A DNA stretch of 64,000 nt, taken from Octopus sinensis. Taxonomy: Eukaryota. Below, one piece after another: positions 13,369 to 25,761 of the stretch; the stretch's first letter is position 1, and each line of letters opens with the position of its first letter. The position numbers and the translations under genes are program-made. The notes under the pieces were generated by a model that worked only from the letters and a program-made list of their open reading frames with translations, was not told the DNA's origin and made no database searches. The stretch is taken from contig NC_043022.1 in the NCBI RefSeq assembly GCF_006345805.1, positions 22,320,001-22,384,000 on the forward strand, read 5' to 3'.

Positions 13369-13919
13369 ATAGATCTCTCCTGTCACAAATCAGTTTTACA
13401 ATGACTCCCTCTATGATCTTCATACACACAAGGCGGCCAGCTGGCAGAAATGTTAGCACGCCGGGCGAAATGCTTTGTGGTATTTCGTCCACCACTGTGT
13501 TCTGAGTTCAAATTCCGCTGAGGTCGACTTCACCTTTCATCATGGTGAAGGAACCTGGTAATCACATATGAGCACAAGTAAATGACCAAACACAGATACC
13601 ATCAACTGTTGAAGACAGAAACAATAAGCCAAGATTGTAAAGGCTGCAAGCTGGTAGAAACGTTAGCACGCAGGGTGAAATGTGTAGCCATATTTCGTCT
13701 GCCGTTACGTTCTGAGTTCAAATTCCGCCGATCTCTCCTGTCACAAATCAGTTTTACCATGACTCCCCTCTATGATCTTCATAACCTGATCCAGTAATTT
13801 ATTTCCTCTGCTTCTCTCTAAGACATCTCCTTTGCCTTCGTAGCAGTTTGTAATGATACTGTTATGACAGTCATTGGGTGTAGCTCTGTCTTGTATGACT
13901 TAATGTATTATATCAAGAT

Positions 13920-14502
13920 AGCAGAATTGTTAGCATGTCGGGCGAAATGCTTAGCAGTATTTCAGCTGTCGTTACGTTGTGAGTTCAAATTCAGCCGAGG
14001 TCGACTTTGCCTTTCATCCTTTCAGGGTCGATAAATTAGGTACCAGTTACGCACTGGGGTCGATGTAATCGACTTAATACCCATGTCTGTCCTTGTTTGT
14101 CCCCTCTATGTTTAGCCCCTTGTGGGTAATAAGGAAACAGCTATTTCATCTGTCGCTACGTACTGAGTTCAAATTCAGCTGAGGTCGACTTTGCCTTTCG
14201 GGGTCGATAAATTAAGTACCAGTTACGCACTGGGGTCGATGTAATCGACTTAATACCTATGTCTGTCCTTGTTTGTCCCCTCTATGTTTAGCCCCTTGTG
14301 GGTAATAAAGAAACAGGTATTTCATCTGTCGCTACGTTCTGAGTTCAAATTCAGCCGAGGTCGACTTTGCCTTTCATCCTTTCGGAGTCGCTAAATTAAG
14401 TACCAGTTACGCACTGGGGTTGATGTAATCGACTTAATACCTATGTCTGTCCTTGTTTTTCCCCTCTATGTTTAGCCCCTTGTGGGTAATAAAGAAATAG
14501 GT
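13920..14502 (+). mobile_element. tRNA-derived SINE family 2 with a Nin/Deu-like core, here as a tandem array
   Basis: Repeated TTTCATCCTTTCGGGGTCGATAAATTAAGTACCAG core. Other copies at about 3186-3590(-), 6790-7177(-), 10262-10702(+), 17375-17580(-), 18125-18352(-), 19487-19795(-), 29757-29990(-), 44373-44725(-). Confidence 0.85.
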
Positions 14503-14674
14503 ATTATCCGCTACCCTACCTCACCAGATATTTTGCACATCTCTGCAACTATTCCTGATGAATCTGTAGCTTACCCACACTTAGCTTATATAAGGTAATA
14601 CCGGTCTCTCCACAACTTAAAATTAGTTCAATTTTATTAAATCAGTATGTAGTGATGCTACTGTGTAAGTTTCA

Positions 14675-14740
14675 GCGCACATGCGCAGAATTGGACTACT
14701 TCCGGTTGGCCACCGGAAGTTTTCCTCATGCGCATGTGCA
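14675..14740. promoter_or_regulatory. Palindromic NRF1-like / ETS / ETS / NRF1-like motif cluster in an intron
   Basis: GCGCACATGCGC (14675), ACTTCCGG (14698), ACCGGAAGT (14712), TGCGCATGTGCA (14729). Confidence 0.45.
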
Positions 14741-15192
14741 GGAACTGGAACCTAAAAGCCTGACCGCTAAATCGGTCTTTCTGGCATGAGCAGCACTAGC
14801 GGTTGGACATGGCTTGACTTTCTTTCAGGGAACAACCCTACACTCAAAGAACCTCACCCAAACGAATCGGGACCGAACTGACGAATCGTTTTGACTTGCA
14901 CGAGAAAGCATCGCAACAAGTCCTGCGGATTCGGCTGCCGGTTTCCCTACTAGAGATACATGTGCACTAGTTCTTACCTGTAACTGCAGAATAAACCACC
15001 ACTTACTGTTATCGAAGACCACCTGACTTTGTCTCCGTTTATTCAACTTAAATTGTATGTGACAGGATCAGATTGGACACCCCTCCAGTGTTCCTGAACT
15101 CTCATCCTGTTACAAGTATATAGTTGACATGTTCTTTAACTTCAGTTGCCCCCACCTTAATTACCAGTAAATTCCATTTGATCAATTTCCAT

Positions 15193-15940
15193 TGAGAATT
15201 CATGGAAGAAGTTTCATGCGAATATGTGGATTTCGCAAGCGGTCCCCAACAATCCTGCATGTAGAGACATCCTGTTTGCCGCAGATTGTCTGCAGACGCA
15301 GGGACAGAACGACCGAGGAGCCGCTGGTTGCCGAAACAGACACCCCAAGAATTTTCACCAGAGCCCTGTCTGCCGGTTTGTGGCCCCGCATGTAGAGACA
15401 TCCTGTTTGCGCAGATTGTCCGCAGATGCAGAGACAGAACAACCAAGGAGCTGCCGGTTGCCGAAACAGACACTCCGAGGATTTTCACCAGAGCCCCGTC
15501 TGCCGGGTTGTGGCCCTAATACCACTTGGTGTCAGACCAATCCGCCTTGGGTGGCCCTACCAGGAACCGAAGTTCCCGACGGCATAGCTCTGACACTACC
15601 CGTTGCCAGCGTGTCCACCATGGTGAGGAGGGGATGGACTTGTAGGCTTCTGGTTGGTGAACTGAGCCGTGATGTCCTTCTCCCAACTCCACTTCCCAAC
15701 TGGTGGAAACGCGCGGGCGGGCAGCTGAAGACCTGGGTTACGACGATCAAGGAGGACCTCTCTGTGCTCACGGGACCGCAGGTGGTTGGCCTGTGCCGAT
15801 GGAACCGTGACTGGCTCGCTATCTCCAGTGAACTGGCGCAGGACCATCATGCGTGGGCTGCCATGGTTTGAGATGCCTCGAGGGTGGTAGAAGAAGCCGA
15901 CTCAACCCGCCCAGGGTGAATGTCGCCACAAGTACAAGTA
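15193..15940 (+). mobile_element. 5'-truncated RTE-type LINE
   Basis: ORF2 C-terminal remnant WKRAGGQLKTWVTTIKEDL...LAQDHHAW, CAAGTA tail, 14-bp TSD TGATCAATTTCCAT (15179-15192 / 15941-15954). Confidence 0.8.
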
Positions 15941-16239
15941 TGATCAATTTCCATGGAAACCATATAATAAGTTAATATTTTAGATAAGTAATAAGTATAT
16001 AAATATTAATCTATTTCTTTGCAATTTCCTTGAAGAATTTTAGTCAAACTCATCAAACCCAGTGCTTATGTTTTGTAAAGCCTAGTACTTATTCTGTTAG
16101 TCTCATTTGCTGAACTGCTAAGTTATGAGAGCATAAACACACCAACACGGGTTGTCAAATGGTGGTTCAGACAAACACATACACAAAGACACACACATAT
16201 ACAATATAGAAGTGTAGCAGTAGTAGTAGTAGTGTTTAC

Positions 16240-16307
16240 CTTCTCTTGACTGGGAAATTCATCATAATGTAGATCAGAATTCTGGAAACCAGTGATGTAG
16301 ATGGCTT
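16240..16307 (-). CDS. Large gene exon (EAIYITGFQNSDLHYDEFPSQEK)
   Basis: Acceptor ttatgttattcttacag, donor AAG|GTAAAC; phase 1 to 0. Confidence 0.8.
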
Positions 16308-17741
16308 CTGTAAGAATAACATAAAATAAAAATAGTTTTTTGAGATGCAAAACATGTTGAATATCACATCTGGGTATCCATCACATACACTTGTGTTGTA
16401 TTATGCTACACACCCACAGACACTTATTTTAATAATGGATTCAGCCCCCGATCAACCAATGAGAGGATTTGATAGTCAGAAACTAAAAGAAGCCCCCTGT
16501 ATATATATTTATTAATATTTTGCAGAAGCAACAGAGTAACTCAAAAGCCAAGAGTTTCATGCATTGGCACGTGTGTTGGCACTCATCAGACTGTTTGATA
16601 AATGCTAATGTGCTCTTGGTCCTTGAGTCGCCTGTTGCTTCCACTAAATATTAATGAATATGTGTGTGTGTGTGTTAAGTTCTATTTTTCCTGTATACTC
16701 TTTTACTTGTTTCAGTCATTTGACTGTGGCCATGCTGGAGCACCACCTTTAGTCGAGCAAATCTTTGTAAGCCTAGAACTTATTCTATCGGTCTCTTTTG
16801 CCGAACCGCTAAGTTACGGGGACGTAAACACACCAGCATCGGTTGTCAAGCGATGTTGGGGGGACAAACACAGACACACAAACACATATATATACATATA
16901 TACGACGGGCTTCTTTCAGTTTCCGTCTACCAAATCCACTCACAAGGCTTTGGTCGGCCCTAGGCTATAGTAGAAGACACTTGCCCAAAGCTAGAAATGC
17001 AACGTCTAGGAATCTAAAGGGGGGCATCACTGGACAGATGTAGTGTTTTTACAACTTTTTACCATAAGAGAGAATTTTTTCTCCATGGGAACTGCAGTGA
17101 ATTTGCCTTTACAAATTGTAATATGTTACAAACATATTTTAACTAACCTAAGGTTTGCATTATGTGTGTGTGTGTGTGTGTGTGTGTGTTAGTGTCTCCT
17201 TGCCTTGACATCACGTCAGTTGCAAATAAGTGCCACCATCATGCATGCAGTGTTCTTTGTTTCAAATCTTCCATGAAAACGTCTGGCCTCGAGGAAAATA
17301 TTACCTTGCTTGAAACCAGTAGTGCTGATGATGGTGATGATGCTTATGGTGGTGGCGATGATGATGATATTTGCTTCTTTATTACCCACAAGGAGCTAAA
17401 CATAGAGGGGACAAACAAGGACTACAGACCCCAGTGCGTAACTGGTACTTAATTTATTGACCCCGAAAGGATGAAAGGCAAAGTCGACCTTGGCGGAATT
17501 TGAACTCAGAACGTAACGACAGACAAAATACGGCTACGCATTTTGCCCGGTGTGCTAATGTTTCTGTCAGCTCACCGCCTTGATGATGATGATATTGATG
17601 ATGGTGGTGGTGGTGGTGGTGGTTATGATGTTGGTGATGATGATGTACACTCACTGAATCACTTCTCACCACTCATCTGTAAACCTCTAAGGAATACTAT
17701 TCATCCTGCCAGACACAGAAAATAATTTTCCAGTCTTTTAC

Positions 17742-17844
17742 CTTTGTTGTTCACTGCATTCTTGTTGGACTCTTTGACAGGCATTGACATCACACAACAG
17801 ACCATCTTTAATTTAGGTGAATTATTACTAATATCCTTCTTTGC
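17742..17844 (-). CDS. Large gene exon (AKKDISNNSPKLKMVCC...NAVNNK)
   Basis: Acceptor tttctttcattctcatcag, donor AAG|GTAAAA; phase 0 to 1. Confidence 0.75.
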
Positions 17845-19299
17845 CTGATGAGAATGAAAGAAACATTTTAAAGTTAGACAAGGTAAACTTTATGAAGTGG
17901 TGATGGTGATAAAGCAGGTAGTTGTAACCGAGTGAGGATATAATCAAAGATGTCCTAGCTATGACCATCCTGAATTTCAGTTGTGGTATATCTAATTTAC
18001 TTTATCTTTTATCTTTTACTTAGTCAATAGACTACAGCCAAGTCGGGGCACCGCCTTGAGGAATTTTAGTCAAATGAATTGAACCTGGTACTTAATTTTT
18101 GTTAAGTCTGGTAATTATTCTTATTTCTTTATTATCCACAAGGGGCTAAATTTAGAGGGGACATACAAGGACAAACAAACAGATTAAGTCGATTACATCG
18201 ACCCCAGTGCATAACTGGTACTTATTTAATTGCCCCTGAAAGGATGAAAGGCAAAGTCAACCTCGGCAGAATTTGCACTCAGAACATAACGGCAGACGAA
18301 ATACTGCTAAGCATTTCGCCCGGCGTGCTAAAGATTCTGCCAGCTCACCGCCTTTGGTAATTATTCTATCAACACAATGGTTATCAGTGGGGGACAAAAC
18401 ACAAACACACATACACACATAATGGTCTTCTTTCAGCCTCTCTTTACCAAATTGACTGACAAGGCTTTGGTCAGCCTGAGGCTATAGAAGACACTTGCCC
18501 AAGGTGCCACTCAGTGGGACTGAACCTGAAACCATATGATTGGGAAGCTAACTTCTTACCACACACAGCCATACCTTTATGTATATATATATATATATAT
18601 ATATAGTTTAGTTATAAGGATTCAATAGAATCTAGGCACATCAACATGTAGGATGCCAGAAATGGCTAGGTATGATAATACAGAGTTTACGGTGAAGTAA
18701 ACAACAATGAAGGTATCAAGTGTTGGTAGGATATGTAAGTAGATATGTAAGTATCAAATCCAATTTAAACCATAGATCTGACTCTGGGGTTGGTTCTTTG
18801 TGTAGTTTAAGTATAAAAAGCAAACACAAATGGCATTTAAAATTTACAAAATCTGTTCTGGGAAAATTTTATTGATGTAGTCATGAATTACATCATAACA
18901 TTTAAGCCAGAGATTAAATGTTATGATGTAATATCAACACAAATATTAGCCATAAACTAATTTAGATAAGGGAATTTAAATAATAAAGTCATTTGATCTC
19001 TTTGCTTCCTGCAAGACCATTCAAGTCACACCTGAATTTCCTATAAACTTGAATGTCAAATTTTGGAAGAACCACTTATCCAACAGTGTTGGATTCATCA
19101 TGTTCAATTTATGAAATCTCACATGTTTCAAATCTTACCTGTTTAAAATTTTACCTGAAGATGATAGATTATATTTTATGATGTAATCTATGACTTCATC
19201 AATAAAATTCTACCAAAACAGCTTTGGTAAATTTTAAACCCCATTTGTGGTCTGTCCGTCCGTCCATCCATCCATCCATCCATCTACTTCAATCAATCA

Positions 19300-21029
19300 G
19301 GGTGGCCCAAAAAACCCAAATTTGAGAAATGTTGAACTCTCACCCCATCAATTTGTGAGGTTTGACATATAAACACTCTGCTTGAAATTCTAAGAAAATT
19401 CCACAGAATTTAATGTTGCCACTAAGCGATTCAATATTTTATTTTTAGCATGAAATGAAACTTATCATAATATTTTTTTTTTCTTTACTGCCCACAAGGG
19501 GGTAAACATAGAGGGGACAAACAAAGACAGACAAAGGGATTAAGTCGATTATATCGATCCCAGTGCATAACTGGTACTTATTTAATCGACCCCGAAAGGA
19601 TGAAAGGCAAAGTCGACCACGGCAGAATTTGAACTCAGAACATAGCGACAGACAAAATACCTATTTTTTACTACCCACAAGGGGGTAAACAAGGACAGAC
19701 AAAGGGATTAAGTCGATTACATAGACCCCAGTGCATAACTGGTACTTATTTAATCGACCCTGAAAGGAAGAAAGGCAAAGTCGACTTCGGCGGAAATAGC
19801 TTGTTATTGAGATATAGTAAAACTATTTCATTTATCAATGTATGAAATACTTAGTACAGTGACCAAATCATTTGAACAATACAGCAGACACATATACATA
19901 TATATTCTATATGTCAGCCAAATGAGCTTCTTCTCTCCCTGCTTGGGTGAGGCTGCACTTCACTCCATGCCACAGGCTGTATTCACAAAACAATATTGTT
20001 ACAGCTTTGTTGATGTGCCAGTGCTCCACAGCTGTAGTGTTTTAACCCTTTAGCATTTGAACTGGCCATATCCGGCCAAAAGTATTCTGCCTGTTTTATG
20101 TTCAAACTGGCCAGATCTGGTCTCTCACACCAACCCTACAATATCGTTTTAAAAATTAACAGCTACCTCATCAAAATCTCATAGCTACAAGATAATGCAT
20201 GATTAGTTCAAAACAATGTAGATGAAGAAGCATTCATTTTGGCAGAATAATGCGAACATTAAAGGGTTAAGCAAACATGTCTATTTTAATGATAAGAAGT
20301 GAAAGACAAATTTGACTTATTGGATATATGGATGAAACGATTAGTAATAAAAAAAAAACTCCCATCAATTGGAGATGTATTACGATGCCTTTTCTATCTC
20401 ACACATGATAAGAAAATGATATCAAACACAGATCATTTATTTCTCAATGCTCAGAGAGAAAAAGGAAGGCAAGGTTATACGAATGCTATTAACAGGAATT
20501 ATGTTGCAAAGCAACAGAGGAAATACAGCCGGTTAGAAGGAGAGAATAGAAAAAAATCAGAAATTCTTTGCACAAAAGAGCAATCAATTGTTACTTTGGA
20601 AAGTAACAGTGATAACAGCAGTCGTCGGTCTAATGATGAGCCACGACCTAGATCATCAAAAACTCCTCCTAGTAAGAGATCAAAAACTCATGAGCAAATA
20701 ATATCAGCTGATTTGGCATTGGATAAAGTTGAAATAAGCTATTGGAGTGCAATGTTAGTAGTATCTGCTACTGCTTCGACCTGTGGTAAAGATATTCCAC
20801 ATGCATATGTACATAACAAGTAATCTACATATATATATATGTTTGCTGATATATATGTATATAAGTATATATAAATGACCATAATATATCAGCTTTGAGG
20901 CACAACCAAATATTGATCAATCATACTGAAAATTCACTAAGAACATTTTTATACCTAACCTCATAATTTGCAGGGGTGTGATCTAAAATATAAAAAATGT
21001 AAAAGTCACTCTTATAAAATGGGCCACCC
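19300..21029 (+). mobile_element. Deleted DNA transposon (possibly Sola2-like) with transposase remnant at 20299-20823
   Basis: Short TIR GGGTGGCCCA...TGGGCCACCC; ORF with KLPSIGDVLRCLFY, LFLNAQREKGRQG and LALDKVEIS motifs; nested SINE and piggyBac MITE. Superfamily uncertain. Confidence 0.5.
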
Positions 21030-21415
21030 AAATACATACATACATACACTCATACATACATACATACATACATACTTACATACATACATATACTCATACA
21101 TACATACTATATATTATTAATATATTGATCCTAAGTTGAAAGGAGTTCCACGTGTATACCATATTTTTAGCTTTCTCTGAGAGAGGGTTTTAACAGTGGT
21201 AAGCAGCAAGAAGCATAGCAGCTTTTAAGAGTGCATTATGAAGCTTTTATCCAAAACAAACTAAAAGGTATATCGTAAGAAGTTTGCTTCTCAACCACAT
21301 GCTTCTGAGTTTGGTCCCACTGTGCGGTAACTTGGGCAGGTGCCTACTACTATAGTTTTGGGTTGACCGAATGTTTGTGAGTGGATTTCATAGAGAGAAA
21401 CTGAAAGAGGCTTAT

Positions 21416-21419
<4 letters not shown>

Positions 21420-21492
<73 letters not shown>

Positions 21493-21660
21493 CATATCGT
21501 GAATACATATATATATACATATATACACACACACATATATACATACATATATATATATATATATAATATATATATATATATATACATGTATATATACATA
21601 CATATATATATGAATATACATACATATACATACATTTATATATACATACACATATATATG

Positions 21661-21707
<47 letters not shown>

Positions 21708-21710
21708 TGT
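21420..21710. repeat. Compound (TA)n/(TACA)n/(AAT)n microsatellite (representative of many)
   Basis: Visible simple repeats; similar tracts at about 22460-22630, 31280-31440, 42770-42930, 48750-48830, 57760-57990, 59610-59670. Confidence 0.9.
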
Positions 21711-22555
21711 GTACAGTGCTCAGGTGCACTACAACTCATCTAAAGTGTATATATAATCAGGTGTAGTTTCGACGGATTTCGGGAAGCATGAGGGCCTTAA
21801 AGGATGCAGTGTCATGGCAGTCAACAACTGATGCAGGCAGTTTATTCCACGCTTCAGCAACCCTGAGTGTGAAAAAATGTTTCCGAAAGTCATGGGAGCT
21901 GTGCTGTTTTCTGACTTTGTAGGCATGTCCACGTGTGTTAGACACATGGAGATCAAAAAGGTGTTCAGTGTTGTTGTTGGTGAGGTGGTTGATAACCTTG
22001 TGGGTGTTTACCAAGTCCGTCGCCAGACGCCGGAGCTTCAGTGAATCCATATGTGTGTGTATATATATACACACACACACATATATATGTATATTAGTGT
22101 AGTAAGTAGCTTGCTAACCAACCACATGGTCCTGGGTTCAGTCCCACTGCATGGCATCTTGGGCAAGTGTCTTCTACTACAGGGCCAACTATAGACTTGC
22201 AAGTGGATTTGGTAGACGGAAACTGAAAGAAGCCAGTCGTATATATATATATATATGTATGCATGTATATATTTCTGTGTGTGTGTGTGTTTGTCCCCCA
22301 CCACCACCACCATTGCTTGACAACCAAAACTAGACCATTAGAATAAGTACTAGGCTTACAAAGAATAAGTCCCGGAGTCAATTTCTTCGACTAAAGGAGG
22401 TGTTCCAGCATGGCCGCAGTCAAGTGACTAAAACAAATAGAACAATAAAAGAATAATACACATATATATATATACATATATATATACATACGTATATACA
22501 CATATACACACACACACACACATATATACATATACATACATATATATGTATACAC

Positions 22556-22634
<79 letters not shown>

Positions 22635-22703
22635 CCAACTCCTTTCAGAAAACATTATCAGAAAGAACTTCCTCTATCAGATCTTTGCTGGGCCTACACT
22701 TAC

Positions 22704-22777
22704 TCTCTGATAAAATGGGAAACATTTACTCTGTGTCTCTGGAAATGTACTTTGGTTTGATATCAGAAGAATTGAAT
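22704..22777 (-). CDS. Candidate phase 1-to-0 exon (..[12 protein letters not shown]); start uncertain (22777 or 22738)
   Basis: Donor AGA|GTAAGT; both possible acceptors give phase-1 entry. Confidence 0.4.
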
Positions 22778-22936
22778 CTCAGTAATAAGCATGCGAAAAA
22801 AACAGCCCTGGACAAAATCAACGACAATCATTACCACATTACCATATTATCTCACAGTTGGGCCTGTTGGATAGAACCCAAACCTAATCTCCAAAGACTC
22901 CTCACTGTTTATTGTACACATATTTGTACATATATG

Positions 22937-22978
<42 letters not shown>

Positions 22979-22980
22979 TG

Positions 22981-23365
22981 GAGGCGCAATGGCCCAGTGG
23001 TTAGGGCAGCGGACTCGCGGTCGTAGGATCACGGTTTCGATTCCCAGACCGCGTGTTGTGAGTGTTTGTTGAGTGAAAATACCTAAAGCTCCACGAGGCT
23101 CCGGCAGGGGATGGTGGTGATCCCTGCTGTACTTTTTCACCACAACTTTCCCTCACTCTTACTTCCTGTTTCTGTTGTACCTGTATTTCAAAGGGCCGGC
23201 CTTGTCACTCTCTGTATCACGCTGAATATCCCCAAGAACTACGTTAAGGGTACACGTGTGTGTGGAGTGCTCAGCCACTTGCACATTAATTTCACGAGCA
23301 GGCTGTTCCGTTGATTCGGATCAACCGGAACCCTCGTCGTCGTAACCGACGGAGTGCTTCCATAA
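22981..23365 (+). mobile_element. tRNA-derived SINE family 4
   Basis: Head GGCGCAATGGCCCAGTGGTTAGGGCAGCGGACTCGCGG...GGTTTCGATTCCC; related copies at about 38717-39105 and 26575-26880. Confidence 0.8.
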
Positions 23366-25462
23366 TCCATATGTATGCATGCATAGTTATATTTTTTGAC
23401 ATGTATATTTGTGAATTTATTTTGTACGTATGTCTATTACACAATAAATATACCTAAATGTATAAGATAAAATCAATTAACAAAATTACGTTGGCCAAAT
23501 TATTTATCTATTTATTTATCATTATGATGAATGATTTACAAGTTACTTATTCTAACTGAATTTCATTGTTTTAGGAAAAATAAGTTTATATTATATTTAT
23601 ATTTTTATATTCAATCCCTTGTAAGTTTCTTACTCTTTTACTTGTTTCAGTCATTTGACTATGGCCTTGCTGGAGCACCGCCTTTAGTCGAGCAAATCGA
23701 CCCCGGGACTTATTCTTTGTAAGCCTAGTACTTATTCTATCGGTCTCTTTTGCCAAACCGCTATGTTACGGGGACGTAAACACACCAGCATCGGTTGTCA
23801 AGCGATCTTGGGGGGACAAACACAGACACACAAACATATACACACATACATATATATATACATATATACGACAGGCTTCTTTCAGTTTCCATTTACCGTA
23901 TCCACTCACAAGGCTTTGGTCAGCCCGAGGCTATAGTAGAAGACACTTGCCCAAGGTGCCATGCAGTGGGACTGAACCCGGAACCATGTGGTTGGTAAGC
24001 AAGCTACTTACTACACAGCCACTCCTACGCCAATAGAGACTTAAGGTTTGTTATTTTAATTCCTATAATAATGTGAACAAATAAAGAAAAAAATTTTAGT
24101 TGATTTTTTTCAAAATATTTCGTATTAAGTTCCAGTCAAAATATTTGTACTGACTATTAAATAAATCTTTATACTTGTATACATATAATCAAAATAAGCA
24201 ACAAGTATATCCGAGGTTGCTTATTTTGATTATAATCACCCCATGGATTTATATGGATAATACCATACAAATTTTCTGGTGCCTTTGACTTAAGTATCAT
24301 ATTCATCTGAATCTAAATTTTGCTGAACTTATATATATATATCATCATCATCATCATCATCGTTTAACGTCCATTCTCCATGCAAGCATGGGTTGGACGG
24401 TTCGACCGAGGATCTGGGAAGCCTGAAGGCTGCACCAGGCTCCAGTCTGATCTGGCAGTGTTTCTACAGCTGGATGCCCTTCCTAACGCCAACCACTCTG
24501 TGAGTGTAGTGGGTGCTTTTTACGTGACACCTGCACAGGTGCCAGGCGAGGCTGGCAACGGCCACGATCAGATTGGTGCATTTTATGTGCAACCAGCATA
24601 TATATATATCCACACACATGCATATACATATACATGTCCATATATATATTATTATACAATTAAAAAATGAGATCGGAGAGTTAAAAATTTAAAAATTGAG
24701 ACATTGGAAAGTGTGGAGATGTAGATTCCATGTGCTGTTCATTCAAAGGGGTCTTGTGGCGCGAATGAAATTTTGAGAATGTAGTGGTAGCATTAAGTAG
24801 CTTGACAACTGGAGGTGGTGTGTTTGCATTCCCATAACTTAGTTGATCAGCAAAAGACACTGATAGAATAAGTACCAGGCTTAGAAAATAAGTCCTGGTG
24901 TTGATTCATTTGACTGAAAATTGAAGGCAGTGCCCTAGCATGGCCACAGACTAATGACTAAAACATGTAAAAGATTAAAGATTTTATATATAGGCATAGG
25001 AGTGGCTGTGTGGTAAGTAGCTTGCTTACGAACCACATGGTTCCGGGTTCAGTCCCACTGCGTGGCACTTTGGGCAAGTGTCTTCTACTATAGCTTCGAG
25101 CCGACCAAAGTCTTGTGAGTGGATTTGACAGACGGAAACTGAAAGAAGCCTGTCGTATATATGTACATATATATATATGCATGTGTGTGTTTGTGTGTCT
25201 GTGTTTGTCCCCCTGACATCGCTTGACAACCGATGCTGGTGTGTTTACGTCCCCATAACTTAGCAGTTCGGCAAAAGAGACCGACAGAATAACTACTAGG
25301 TTTACAAAGAATAAGTCCTGGGGTCGATTTGCTCGACTAAAGGCGGTGCTCCAGCATGGCCACAGTCAAACGACCGAAACAAGTAACAGAGTAAAAGAGT
25401 ATATATATATACATATATACATGCACACATATTTCCTATATCAAAACAAATATAACACCTAC

Positions 25463-25515
25463 CTCTGACATATTCTTTACATTGGTGTTAGGTGGAGGAG
25501 CTTTGTTGGTGCAAC
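25463..25515 (-). CDS. Candidate phase 1-to-0 exon (GCTNKAPPPNTNVKNMSE)
   Basis: Acceptor gtcttttgtcttag, donor GAG|GTAGGT, open frame. Confidence 0.55.
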
Positions 25516-25761
25516 CTAAGACAAAAGACATATCAAGAATTCTCTAAAAAAAACCCTGAAGAGTTTTTAAACACGTTACTATAGTTACTTATAATACAAA
25601 GAGATGCAACTAAATACCATTTGGTATTTTTGTCTGGAACCATATTGATCCTCTCATCTATTGTTCTAAAGATCCCTTTATAAATAGTGATCAACTACAG
25701 TCCTAATATACAGATATAATTACATACAGTCCAGATCACACATGATTAAAACATGTGTTAC

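Noticed and set aside
14979-14984. 6-nt micro-exon TTACAG between a CAG acceptor and GTAAGA
   Set aside because: It preserves the frame but lies in an LTR-like segment with a short pyrimidine tract; chance occurrence is likely without reads.
21412-22655. Long ORFs rich in Y/I/H/T
   Set aside because: These are translations of (TA)n, (CA)n and (AAT)n microsatellites; the same holds for ORFs near 31000-31480, 42735 and 57761.
22981-23055. tRNA gene
   Set aside because: It is a SINE head that continues into the SINE body; the same applies at 26575, 38717 and 60560.
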